This document shows positions 36,700-46,323 of a stretch of 64,000 bases of DNA, piece by piece. The stretch is from a virus, in IMG/VR virus record IMGVR_UViG_3300033149_002604, positions 32,914 to 96,913 of that record. One strand, given 5' to 3'. Position numbers and translations under genes: made by a program. The notes below the pieces were generated by a model. The model ran no database searches, was not told the origin of the DNA, and saw nothing but the letters and a program-made list of their open reading frames with translations. Position 1 is the stretch's first letter; each line of letters starts with the position of its first letter.

Positions 36700-38476
36700 T
36701 TAGCTAGAAGCAATTGCATTAGCATACCAAAATCGCCAATTGGTTACTACTCCACCATAGCGACAATTGATAGTAATGAAATAATCAAGCGACACCTCAT
36801 CGATGAACGTATCAATGATAGGATCTTGGCGGTTGCTTGCAATTAGTCCTTCCTTGGCTTTTCCTAAGAACCACCCATCAGTGTCACTCAGATAACTCCA
36901 CTCTATCGGATTCACCAACCCACGGAGCACATTGACATCATTGTCTGCACTTCCAGGGATCAGTGTAGAATTCAGAAGCACCTGAGCAGTAAACTTCAGT
37001 GCGGGTGGAATCAAAAGGGTGTCTGGAAGTATTTCTACAACATTTCCCCTTTCATCCCTATTGTTGGTAGAAGTCATAGTAAGATATACTGACCTCAAAT
37101 TAGATTCCGTCAAAGAATTGGAAGCACCATAATTAGAATAGGTGTTCCCAACCTTATCGGGGTGTGCAGTAGAGAAGAAAGGTTTATTGTCATAGATCAA
37201 GTTCCCTGTAGGATCATCAATAACATTAGCAATGGTGTTATTAAAAACATCATTGCCAGCAGTCATTGCCCCGTAGTTGAAGAACTTGGCATAGAACTTT
37301 TCCTTGGTTCTAAGATATGCCTTACCCCAAGAACCAACAGCCTGTTGGATAAGGTTAGACTTCTGGCTGTCTTCGATAGATTCTTTGGAAAATCTAGCAA
37401 TCCTTCCAAAAGTCCTGTTCTTGCAGATTACAGTGTAACCTTCCATTGGGGCATCTGGCTGCAAGTCTTCACTTTCAGGTTTTTCCACCAAGTCACCCAT
37501 TCCGATAGCTGTGGTGAATTTCTCATCACATTTGTTACTGTCTATTGACAGGACTGGTCATTTCTGCCAGTCTCCACACATTGCTGTGTGGGTCGGACTA
37601 TATCACTACTAGATTTATCATCTAGCAGGTTGGCGTACGGACCTAGTTTGTATCTCATACAAGGAACTATATATGGTTTGATAATTTCTACAAATCTGTC
37701 ATTGTGTTTATTTCGAAGTCTTAATCTATATTTATAATTACCAAGTTTCGTTTTTCCTGCCTTATTGATATTCCAATCGAGATCAAACTTCAATTTAAGG
37801 CTTTTTTTGAGAAGAAGTTGATTAGCATAATCATAAGCTTCGGTACTTAGATAAAATGTAACATCTTTGCCATTAGGATTAAAACCATGTGTGCCGTTAT
37901 CCATGAATAAAATTGCTAATGAAAGTGGATTTAGTTTCTTTACGATATATTCATCTAAGACCTTTCTACCATTATAATACATTCTCTTTCTAAGTTTGGT
38001 AAGCATTGGATGTTGTCTTGTTCCTAGATGGTATCCATAAAATATCTTACCATTTAATTCTCTCTTCGTTTTGTGTATTGAAGATGATGTTATTTTATCA
38101 AGGAACTTTTTCTTCCAGAGCATATATTCGTATTGAGCTTCACAGTGGCTCATCTGAAAAAAAGCTTCACTTCTACCTTTTCTACACGACAAACACCCAT
38201 CTCCCATTACCATTGCTATTATCACACTTCTAAGTTCTTCTCTATTTAGGTCCATAGTCTCTACACCCTCCTTAAAGGATTGGCTCGGTATTGTCCTCAG
38301 GGGATTTCCACCGAATTTAGCCAACTACGCGCATAAGTTTACGCTGCATCGGAATCAACTACATCAAATATATTTTCATACACGGGAGCTTTTTGCTCAT
38401 AGGCTTCCCAGAAGAAACCATAGGCCGTCTTCTTCATATTTTCAGTAAAATCATCACGTCTTACTCCGCCTGCCAT
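36700..38476 (-). CDS. Major capsid protein (Mu gpT-like), spliced: exon 1 38476-38341, exon 2 37526-36700 (320 aa)
   Basis: Joined product MAGGVRRDDF...VDSDAA-Y-EKFTTAIGMGDL...; YDNKPFFSTAHP, PDTLLIPPAL, WFL, RYGGVVTNWR motifs; follows scaffold. Confidence 0.92.
37527..38340 (-). ncRNA. Group I intron (814 nt) in the major capsid gene, with an ORF starting in the P8 region
   Basis: 5' exon ends GCGT and pairs with GCGC (U.G); P AATTCGGTGGAAA, Q AATACCGAGC, R GTAGAGACTA, S GATATAGTCC; P9 hairpins; terminal G. Confidence 0.93.
37542..38255 (-). CDS. Intron-encoded LAGLIDADG homing endonuclease (likely start 38255)
   Basis: IAMVMGDGCL and LAILFMDNG motifs; AAGGAGG RBS inside the intron core. 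Confidence 0.9.
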   Translation of the reverse strand: MDLNREELRSVIIAMVMGDGCLSCRKGRSEAFFQMSHCEAQYEYMLWKKKFLDKITSSSIHKTKRELNGKIFYGYHLGTRQHPMLTKLRKRMYYNGRKVLDEYIVKKLNPLSLAILFMDNGTHGFNPNGKDVTFYLSTEAYDYANQLLLKKSLKLKFDLDWNINKAGKTKLGNYKYRLRLRNKHNDRFVEIIKPYIVPCMRYKLGPYANLLDDKSSSDIVRPTQQCVETGRNDQSCQ

Positions 38477-38509
38477 TAATTTTCACCGTCCTTATTTAGA
38501 GTTTATATC

Positions 38510-38989
38510 TTATGACATGAAAGCAGAAGGTTTAATAGAAACCAACACTGCATCATTGTCAGCGTCAAAATCATGAATCAAAAGCATCTGGCTTGCCTCA
38601 GTATCCACCTTGTAAGCCTTCTGCGTCAAAGCATAAGTAGCATTGGCCGTCTTGATACTAGCACCAGCCCCCACTACAGTTGCATTTGCGCTAGCAGAAG
38701 CAGTGTCTAAAGGCATCCAGAACTTGTTTTCTACACCCACATACACAAAGCCTTTCTCTTCAGCAGAAGTCTTATGACCATTCTTGCCTGAATCATCTTT
38801 GGGTGCATGTGCCCAACCAAATATACCACCAGCAGTCCCTGTGGGGGTTGCATTGGTATATAAGGTAGCACGTCCATTAACCATCTTTACAAACCTTCCA
38901 GTTTGTCTATTCAAATACTGATTAGCTGCAAAAGGAACCTCTTCTCCCTTACCAGGTCCCATTGACCATCCCATACGAAATTTAGCCAT
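38510..38989 (-). CDS. Putative capsid decoration/cement protein (likely start MAKFRMG)
   Basis: Between scaffold and capsid; same 13-nt RBS as the capsid gene. Confidence 0.65.
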   Translation of the reverse strand: MAKFRMGWSMGPGKGEEVPFAANQYLNRQTGRFVKMVNGRATLYTNATPTGTAGGIFGWAHAPKDDSGKNGHKTSAEEKGFVYVGVENKFWMPLDTASASANATVVGAGASIKTANATYALTQKAYKVDTEASQMLLIHDFDADNDAVLVSIKPSAFMS

Positions 38990-39015
38990 CTTATATTTCA
39001 CCGTCCTTCATAAAA

Positions 39016-39936
39016 TTATTCTTCAGGTTTAATTTTTCCTAGTTTAATATCCCGTAATCTGGCTATTTCAGCCCAATCTTCAGGTTTCATACGATGCTGT
39101 TTAGCCTCTTCTATGATTTTGGGATTTGTTGGGGAATAGTCCCCAGTCAGTTTGCCGGTCTTGTCTTGGGTTTGGGTTGACCTGATACTTTCTGTATTAG
39201 CATCAGACCTTACCAAGTTGTCATTTTCTGGATCATCTAGAAACTGACTAACCCGTTCTTCGACCGACAGTTCATCTTTTATCTTTCCAGATGCATCATA
39301 CACAGGGTAGAAAAACTTATCCAAGTTTTCATCATATTCAAATCCGTCTTTAAGCAGCTTAACAATCTGCTTCGGATTATATGCCTTCTTCGATGCGATT
39401 TCTAAGATTTCCCGTTCAAGTCGATATTCCCTAAAACGCTGAATCTTAGAATCCCGTTCTTTCAATTCCTTTTCTCTGTCTTCAAGAAGCTTCTTGAACT
39501 CAGCCATCTGCTGTTCAAATTGTTTCTGGAGGGATTCTTTTTCCTTTTCAAAACGAATCTTCATCCGTTCTTCTTCACTCTTCTTGGCAAGTTCCTCCTC
39601 TTCCCTCTTCTTTTCCAACTCCGTCTTAAACTCTTTCAGTTGATTATATTCTTCAAGAATTTTTTCAAATTCATCCTTCGGGGGAAGTTCTTTCATCCTT
39701 TCTTCAAATTCTTTAAGACGTTCCTGAAGCTTCCGCTTCTCAGACTTAATACGATCCCGTTGGGAAATTACCTTCTTCAACTCACTCTCTAAATACTCAG
39801 GATCTTTATCCTTTTTATCCTTCGTCTTTTCCTGTTCCTTTTCTTCAATCTTAGCCTTCAGTTCATCTTCATTGATACTATCTTCATCATCTATTTCAAT
39901 ACCTAAAGCTTTTGCCTTTTCAATCAAATCTTTCAT
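39016..39936 (-). CDS. Capsid scaffolding protein
   Basis: Highly charged coiled coil; AYNPKQIVKLL; synteny. Confidence 0.85.
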   Translation of the reverse strand: MKDLIEKAKALGIEIDDEDSINEDELKAKIEEKEQEKTKDKKDKDPEYLESELKKVISQRDRIKSEKRKLQERLKEFEERMKELPPKDEFEKILEEYNQLKEFKTELEKKREEEELAKKSEEERMKIRFEKEKESLQKQFEQQMAEFKKLLEDREKELKERDSKIQRFREYRLEREILEIASKKAYNPKQIVKLLKDGFEYDENLDKFFYPVYDASGKIKDELSVEERVSQFLDDPENDNLVRSDANTESIRSTQTQDKTGKLTGDYSPTNPKIIEEAKQHRMKPEDWAEIARLRDIKLGKIKPEE

Positions 39937-40147
39937 CTCTTTACACCTCCGTGACGCCTTCCAGCGATTTTACTAAAAGTTATAATTGCTTTCCAGCTCA
40001 ATAAGTTCTTGTTTAATTTCCTTTACCTTCTTATTATACTTGTCCAGCAGAACAAGCAGAACTTGCCTTTTCTTCTTTGCACTAAACAACTCTTCCAACA
40101 ACTCTCTCCGTCTTCTTCGCACTTCCCCAAGTCCATACTACCACCAC

Positions 40148-41689
40148 CTATTCCAACCCAGTCCGATCTACCTTCTTCTTGTCTAGGTTTTTGGTGTCTA
40201 GTTCATCCTTAGACTGGAAAGTATCTTTATCATTTACATTTGGATTCCCAGAACCATCATCCCCGACTTTATCTGGAACATATGCAGGCTTAACTTCCCC
40301 TGTTCCACTTTCAATTTCCTTTTCCACTTGCTGCACAACAGTCTGTGGTGCAAGTGGGATAGCACGTCTGGCAAGATTTTTCATTAACGTCTTGTTTAAC
40401 GTTTCTGAAAAATTCCTTTCCATGATCTTGAACGTAGATTCTATTTCATCAGACAGGGCAGAAACATCAAAGTTGTCTGCGTATCTAACTTCTTCAAACT
40501 TTGAAGGATCTTTTCCAAGCTGCATATAAGCTAACTTACTGATTTCATTTTCAAATCTTTGATAGGCAGCAGCTTTATTTGCCAGTGCTGCATTCACACC
40601 AACAAACCCCATCTGTGCAGCACGACCAGACCTTCCCATGTAAATGTCACTAGATGTTCCTAACAATCCTGCTAGTCGATAGATTTCCTTGATATGATCT
40701 ACTACAAGATTCCAGATTGTACGTATATTTTCCGTGTTTGGGGAAATAAATTGTGGTGCGTGGGTAGAACTTGCAGGAAAAGTCCATATTGAAGAAGTAC
40801 CTATTCTGTAAAGTGGGTCATCACTTGTTTCATCTTCTTCCGCCAGTGAACCATCATCTGGAACTACTAGCTGGGAAAAAGTCTGCCTTTCTATTTGTTC
40901 ATCTATACAGGAACACCAGTTAAGGATAATTCTGTTGATGTAGACGATATCCTTCAGCATTGATTCCCCAATTAAGTTTCCATCAATATCTTCGTGGTAA
41001 AGGGTTACAAGCGGAACTTTCCCAAGTTTGTTTTGACCACTGGCAGGGGAACCGTCTTCAAATACAACTTGGTTTCCTTTATCATCTTCTACATGCCATT
41101 CTTTTCTGGTAATCAATGTATAGTGGACTTCTTCTGTACGTTCTACCGTAGGATCTATGTCCCTGTAATAAGTAGTTTCAATAACCACCCACTGTAATTC
41201 CCCAAATCTATCAATAGACCAATCTTTTAGTTGTGTTGGGTATACAATGGTACAATAAGGTTGAATCTTTCTTTCATCAGCACGGGTAAGTCTTTTCTTG
41301 TTGGTTGGTGTAATGTCAACAAGTGCATGAATTGTTCCTAACACTGAAGAAAGAAATCCACACCTTCTAACGAAAGTGGTTATGTCTGTACCACGTAGAT
41401 CTGTATTCTTACGGAATTGTTCTAGAACAGGATCAGATGGCCTTTCAATCCTTTCCTTAAATATATAAGTGTTGTACAATTTAGGAATAGATTCACAGAA
41501 ATTCAGGAAGTAAGCCCTGTCAATCCTTTCATCGTAGTCATCTGTATCTTCAAGTCGGTGGGAAAAGATATTTGATTCATTAGCAAAATTCTTCCCCCCC
41601 TTAACTGCATTCAGATACAGATTCCACAGATCTACATAATCTTCATACAGTGGATGTTCCCTTTTTGATAACCTGATTGCTTTTGGCAT
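40148..41689 (-). CDS. Portal protein
   Basis: 513 aa after terminase; YDERIDRAYFLNF, NKLGKVPLV, SGRA; synteny. Confidence 0.88.
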   Translation of the reverse strand: MPKAIRLSKREHPLYEDYVDLWNLYLNAVKGGKNFANESNIFSHRLEDTDDYDERIDRAYFLNFCESIPKLYNTYIFKERIERPSDPVLEQFRKNTDLRGTDITTFVRRCGFLSSVLGTIHALVDITPTNKKRLTRADERKIQPYCTIVYPTQLKDWSIDRFGELQWVVIETTYYRDIDPTVERTEEVHYTLITRKEWHVEDDKGNQVVFEDGSPASGQNKLGKVPLVTLYHEDIDGNLIGESMLKDIVYINRIILNWCSCIDEQIERQTFSQLVVPDDGSLAEEDETSDDPLYRIGTSSIWTFPASSTHAPQFISPNTENIRTIWNLVVDHIKEIYRLAGLLGTSSDIYMGRSGRAAQMGFVGVNAALANKAAAYQRFENEISKLAYMQLGKDPSKFEEVRYADNFDVSALSDEIESTFKIMERNFSETLNKTLMKNLARRAIPLAPQTVVQQVEKEIESGTGEVKPAYVPDKVGDDGSGNPNVNDKDTFQSKDELDTKNLDKKKVDRTGLE

Positions 41690-41702
41690 TTCAATCCTTC
41701 AC

Positions 41703-42218
41703 CTAACGTTTGAAGTGGATGCTAAAACACCCATGATTTTTCCATCCTAATGAAAATTCAAATCCAAAAGGAAGCTTAATGATATACCTTGGAAAATAGA
41801 ACGGACAATTTTCTATTTTCTTCAAATTACATTCAAACCAAGAAGTCTTACACAAGACAATTTTCTTGTAAGCTTGTTGATAGAATCCTACATAGAAGTG
41901 ATTCATGTCATTTATAGGATTCCTGATATGCCATCTAAAATAACGATACCAAGGTGCTTTGTCATTCCATAGGTACTTTTTACCACCAGATGGCATAGGT
42001 TCCCTACGATTGGTCCAACAGGAAAGGAAAAATCGTTTGAGAGGGCTTTTTGTTTTGTTTATTATCCTAGTGTCATATGTTTCCCAGTCCTCCTTGTTAA
42101 GTATCCCTGCTGTGGTAAGATAAATTCCAATCGACAAGGAAACAGGAAACACTATTATGAAATAGCATGATCCTATAACCAAAAGTGGTAAAAACAAAAG
42201 TGCAGCATAAAGCTTCAT
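41703..42218 (-). CDS. Hypothetical membrane protein
   Basis: N-terminal TM, WHIRNP motif. Confidence 0.65.
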   Translation of the reverse strand: MKLYAALLFLPLLVIGSCYFIIVFPVSLSIGIYLTTAGILNKEDWETYDTRIINKTKSPLKRFFLSCWTNRREPMPSGGKKYLWNDKAPWYRYFRWHIRNPINDMNHFYVGFYQQAYKKIVLCKTSWFECNLKKIENCPFYFPRYIIKLPFGFEFSLGWKNHGCFSIHFKR

Positions 42219-42379
42219 CCTAGCCGTCCTAACCCTCGTCCACGGCCCCCACCGAGACCATGTCCAGGTCCATTAAACCTACAAGGACCAGTGTTACGTC
42301 CAAGCCTACGACCACCTAGCCTTCTACCTAGTCGTCTTCCTGCTAACCTTCCCTGCCTGCCACGATTTCTAAATCGCAT
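42215..42379 (-). CDS. Arg/Gly-rich 54-aa peptide (not in ORF track)
   Basis: MRFRNRGRQGRLAGRRLGRRLGGRRLGRNTGPC...GRGRGLGRLG; AAGGTG RBS; stop overlaps the next start (ATGA). Confidence 0.7.
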   Translation of the reverse strand: MRFRNRGRQGRLAGRRLGRRLGGRRLGRNTGPCRFNGPGHGLGGGRGRGLGRLG

Positions 42380-42394
42380 TCTTACAACACCTTC

Positions 42395-44278
42395 TTATCG
42401 AATGATTCTACTTCCCCTTGCTGGTCGTGTAAGTAGTTTAAATCTTTTTCCTTTTACAAGGGAAAAACACATTTCAAGGGAATCTAGAACATCATCCCTA
42501 TCGTTCTTGTTACCTGTATAATATAGTATTTGATCCACAGCATCACGGTACATAGCCTGTCTTTCATATTTATACCCATCAAAAACTATCGTTCCATCAC
42601 GCATAAAAGGAAAAAGACTTTCAAACCGCATTAGCTTGTCTTTCTTACTATCTATTTCCTTTATCGGAAGGAACATTCCCAGTTTCTTGGTTTCTTTACG
42701 AAGTAGTTCTGCTAGAACATACTGAAAAGCAGTGGTTTCTACACCAAACAATCGCCATTCATGTTTTTCAAACAGTTTGATTACGTCCTGGATCTGCTTG
42801 TCAACAGAACGGCGTTTCATATTAATATCAATGACATAGGCTGTTGAAGTTTCTTTATTCCATGCCAATGTCGTAATTACTGAATAATCTCCACTACTTG
42901 TCTTCTTTCCAAGCGATGGGTCTAAAGCACCATAACGAGGCAATCCAGTAAGTAAGTGTGTATTAGCCTTCAGGTCTATGAAGGCCATTTCTTCTTTCCT
43001 GATTTTGACCTTTGTAAGATCAATACTTTCGTTTTGCTTTTCCTGTAGAAATGCTGATGGATCAGTAAGTTTGGCTACCATATTGTCATAATATGGGTCA
43101 CCTTCGGGCCATAGAACCTTAGTTCCCCGTAGCATTTCTTTTTCATGTGCAAGATAGAATTGCCTAGCGTGTTCTATTCTGTCTTTGTCTGTAGAATCTG
43201 TATATATTCTAGCCCATTCATCCCAAAGTGGGGAATCTGAAAACTTTTCAACAGCCTTGAACCGAATGCTTTTGAAATCAGGGTATATATTTGGGTCCAT
43301 CAATTTATTCAATAAAGCTTCATGTCCAATAACTGTTCCTATTATAAATATATCAAGATTGTTGGCTTCCCCACCAACAAATAATACATCCTTATTGAAC
43401 CATTCCCGAACAGCTTCCCTTTGGGCCTCAGACCTAACCATCTCTGTGGCCTCTAAGTCGTCTCCGATGAAAAGCCCAGGTCGTTCAGTTCCAAATCGTC
43501 TACCACGAATCTGGCTTCCGGTTCCAAGGGCTAGAACTTTTACATCATTACGTGTGATTATTTCATCAGCACGCCAAATAGCACCCTTCCCACAGGCATA
43601 CGGGAAATCCCGTTGCAATCGCATATTTCCTTCAAGTTCCTTCTTTATATCTGATAGAAAGTCAATTGACTGATTGACTGTCTTTGATACAAGGATAATA
43701 AACTTCTTCTTGTTGTATACAATACACCAAATTGGAAATATGCAGTTGATTACTGTACTTTTTCCACTGGAACGTGGCGCTGCGATAGCCCACCTAGCCC
43801 TTCGGCGTGGGCTATCGACAGCTTTTGGTAAAGTCTTATATAAGAATTTATGAAATTTGCTATTAGGTTTCTTTAAGTAATGTGGAAAATAAAATTTTGC
43901 AAATGCGTCTAGTCTTGATTCACATGCTTGGATTATATGTCTTATTTCAATGTCTTGTAATTTCTTGTCTTCTTCGTATAAATCATAAAGTAATTTGTCT
44001 TTCTGTTCTGGTGAATTTGCCTTCATTCTTGATACTCTAAGCTTATTCTTCTTCCAAAATTCCTTCTCTGCTTCTTTGTAATCCCGAAATTTGTGTCTTC
44101 CTTTTCTATCAGAATATTTTTCCCGTGTTTCTAATCTTTCTTCAGCTAAATCTAAAAAATCTTTTGCAAAATCTGGTATATCTCCATATTTCCTTATTAA
44201 TCTTTCCCTTTCTAACTTAATTTCTTCTCTACTTCTAAATAATTTGTTTTTAATTTCTGCATATTTTTCTTTTTTCAT
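42395..44278 (-). CDS. terL: Terminase large subunit
   Basis: Walker A APRSSGKST, IRGRR, Walker B FIGDDLE, nuclease LDPSLG...GDYS and RDDVLDSL. Confidence 0.95.
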   Translation of the reverse strand: MKKEKYAEIKNKLFRSREEIKLERERLIRKYGDIPDFAKDFLDLAEERLETREKYSDRKGRHKFRDYKEAEKEFWKKNKLRVSRMKANSPEQKDKLLYDLYEEDKKLQDIEIRHIIQACESRLDAFAKFYFPHYLKKPNSKFHKFLYKTLPKAVDSPRRRARWAIAAPRSSGKSTVINCIFPIWCIVYNKKKFIILVSKTVNQSIDFLSDIKKELEGNMRLQRDFPYACGKGAIWRADEIITRNDVKVLALGTGSQIRGRRFGTERPGLFIGDDLEATEMVRSEAQREAVREWFNKDVLFVGGEANNLDIFIIGTVIGHEALLNKLMDPNIYPDFKSIRFKAVEKFSDSPLWDEWARIYTDSTDKDRIEHARQFYLAHEKEMLRGTKVLWPEGDPYYDNMVAKLTDPSAFLQEKQNESIDLTKVKIRKEEMAFIDLKANTHLLTGLPRYGALDPSLGKKTSSGDYSVITTLAWNKETSTAYVIDINMKRRSVDKQIQDVIKLFEKHEWRLFGVETTAFQYVLAELLRKETKKLGMFLPIKEIDSKKDKLMRFESLFPFMRDGTIVFDGYKYERQAMYRDAVDQILYYTGNKNDRDDVLDSLEMCFSLVKGKRFKLLTRPARGSRIIR

Positions 44279-44808
44279 TCACTTCCGACAATAATATCTG
44301 CTATCTTATTCTTCTGTTCTTTCGTAAGTTCGTTATCCCCTACATAAGTATTATTTTGTGTATTAATTTGTGCGAAATTTTCTATTTTTACACTATCTAA
44401 TCCGTAAAGTTTTGCCCTATCCATTAGTGTGGAAACCCATCTAACATGAAAATCCCTAGCTAGGGATGGTTTAGGAACCAATACAGGATTTCCATTTTCA
44501 TCTAGTATTGGCTTGCCATTCTTACCTAATTTCGGAACACCATCACGATACTTCTCAAACAGCTTCCTTGCTTCTTCAGCAGCTTTCATAAGTTCACTAT
44601 CAAGTTCTATACGCTTTGCTGCCACTTCTTCTGGGGAAAGTTCGTTGATGGCTATTTCCTTCAGATACTTATGGGCACGCTTAACTGAAGCTAGTGTCAT
44701 TCCAAGCTGGTCAGCTATATCAACATCAGCCATCCCTGTTTCAGAAAGACGCTTAATTTCAGTTAAACGTTTTACACGTTCTGCTAGTGTAACCGATCCA
44801 CGTGGCAT
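44275..44808 (-). CDS. terS: Terminase small subunit (putative)
   Basis: N-terminal HTH (DIADQLGMTLASV), MDRAKLYGLD; overlaps terL start. Confidence 0.75.
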   Translation of the reverse strand: MPRGSVTLAERVKRLTEIKRLSETGMADVDIADQLGMTLASVKRAHKYLKEIAINELSPEEVAAKRIELDSELMKAAEEARKLFEKYRDGVPKLGKNGKPILDENGNPVLVPKPSLARDFHVRWVSTLMDRAKLYGLDSVKIENFAQINTQNNTYVGDNELTKEQKNKIADIIVGSE

Positions 44809-44811
44809 ATC

Positions 44812-45423
44812 TTAATCCTTTGTCGTAAATATTCCCCATAAGTTATTTCTGTCTATTGTGTCAATGAAAGCAAAAACCAGCTTATCAACCATGTTTTCAT
44901 CAATTCCGATACCTACAAGCTTATTTAATACTATGATTGCGTGATACAACAGATAAGCCCTTTGCATCACCGGCTTACGTATCAAAGAAGCGAGGTAAAT
45001 TATACAGGAATTGTTTTCCGAAATAGAAGTGGCGTCATCCAGTTCTTCAAAATCTATCCCAAGTTCAACCCTGTATTTGTGCCCCAGTATATCTAACTTG
45101 TCTAAAACATTCCACTTTTTACCATTAAGGTTTCTAGAAAAGAATTCAAACAAGACATTGGAAAGGGTTTCTACCTGATCTTCTTCCAACATCCGAAATC
45201 CATAACAATGGTCTATTGCATGAAGCAGTTCATGGATGAAGGAAGTTACTATCTTGCTATTCTTCTTTTTTTCACCTAGTAACGATTCGGTTGAAACCCT
45301 AATTTCCAGATCATAGAAGGAATGTTGTGCTGTTAGGTCTTCCGATTCACGAAACTTATAGGGACAAATAATATTGTAATCAAAACAATTGACACGAATC
45401 TTCTTAGGAAATTTAATTGTCAC
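44812..45423 (-). CDS. HEXXH metallopeptidase-like protein with internal duplication
   Basis: FIHELLHAIDH; second degenerate copy (LLYHAI). Confidence 0.6.
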   Translation of the reverse strand: MTIKFPKKIRVNCFDYNIICPYKFRESEDLTAQHSFYDLEIRVSTESLLGEKKKNSKIVTSFIHELLHAIDHCYGFRMLEEDQVETLSNVLFEFFSRNLNGKKWNVLDKLDILGHKYRVELGIDFEELDDATSISENNSCIIYLASLIRKPVMQRAYLLYHAIIVLNKLVGIGIDENMVDKLVFAFIDTIDRNNLWGIFTTKD

Positions 45424-45435
45424 TTTAGCAATCCT

Positions 45436-46158
45436 CTATCTGATCTCATCAACAAAGCCGTATTCTTTCGCCTTATCCGCAGTAAACCAGGTATCTTCTT
45501 TCATCATTTCCAACACACGCTTCTTAGAAAGCTTACTATTCTTGGAAACTATTTCAGCATACTTATTCTGCAACAGATGAATCATGTTCCGTTGGCTGTC
45601 TAGTTCACGTAAGCCTTCAGTAAAGAATCCCCATTTCCACAACTTGGCTGGGTGAATCAAGAATATAGTATTTTTGCTTACGATCCTGTGATCCCCAGTT
45701 AAGAACACCGGAACTGCTGCTGAAGCAATCAACCCACGACCTACCATCGTTATGTTGAAATCTTTCTTTGCTATCCGTAATTCATCAGCAAATGCCATTC
45801 CCTGGAATGCCTGCCCACCAGGGGAATTCAGATATACCACAATGTCTTTTATCCCCCTGTTGTGTAGTAGTGTCAGGTCATTCCACATATCTTCCGAACC
45901 ATAGGAAGATATGCTGGTGATAGTAATATAAGCGGTTTTGTCAAACAACCTACAATTGTTTGACAATTCCATTTCTTCATTTTGTACATCCATCACTTTG
46001 CTGACAGTATCTTTGTCTTTACTGACAGCAACGGATTTATCTGTTTTAACTTCAATGGTAACTTTTGTGGGTGGGAATTGTTCAATAGGTTGTTTTACTG
46101 TGGTAATACAGGAACATAAACCAAATAAAATTACAATTAATATTAATAGTTTTTTCAT
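45436..46158 (-). CDS. ClpP-like (S14) protease with lipoprotein signal peptide
   Basis: YLNSPGG, IASAA, FLIHP, DTWFTADKAKEYGFVDEI; MKKLLILIVILFGLCSC lipobox. Confidence 0.85.
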   Translation of the reverse strand: MKKLLILIVILFGLCSCITTVKQPIEQFPPTKVTIEVKTDKSVAVSKDKDTVSKVMDVQNEEMELSNNCRLFDKTAYITITSISSYGSEDMWNDLTLLHNRGIKDIVVYLNSPGGQAFQGMAFADELRIAKKDFNITMVGRGLIASAAVPVFLTGDHRIVSKNTIFLIHPAKLWKWGFFTEGLRELDSQRNMIHLLQNKYAEIVSKNSKLSKKRVLEMMKEDTWFTADKAKEYGFVDEIR

Positions 46159-46323
46159 AGTCTTGGCTTAATTTAATTTAGTGGTTTAATTTAGGACAAA
46201 CTTCATCACTCACCCTATGTATTCTTTTCAGAACACAAAAGTCAAGACCTTATACCAATTTTTTGTTAATTTTTTTGAATTTTTTCTGAAAAGAAGGTGG
46301 GAAAGGTTGGTTTTCAGGTGAGA

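Noticed and set aside
39970-40140. Small coiled-coil ORF between portal and scaffold
   Set aside because: A coding-like frame exists but the start is ambiguous (the ATG is in another frame); not supportable
42395-44278. Intein or intron in terminase
   Set aside because: ATPase and nuclease motifs are contiguous with normal spacing
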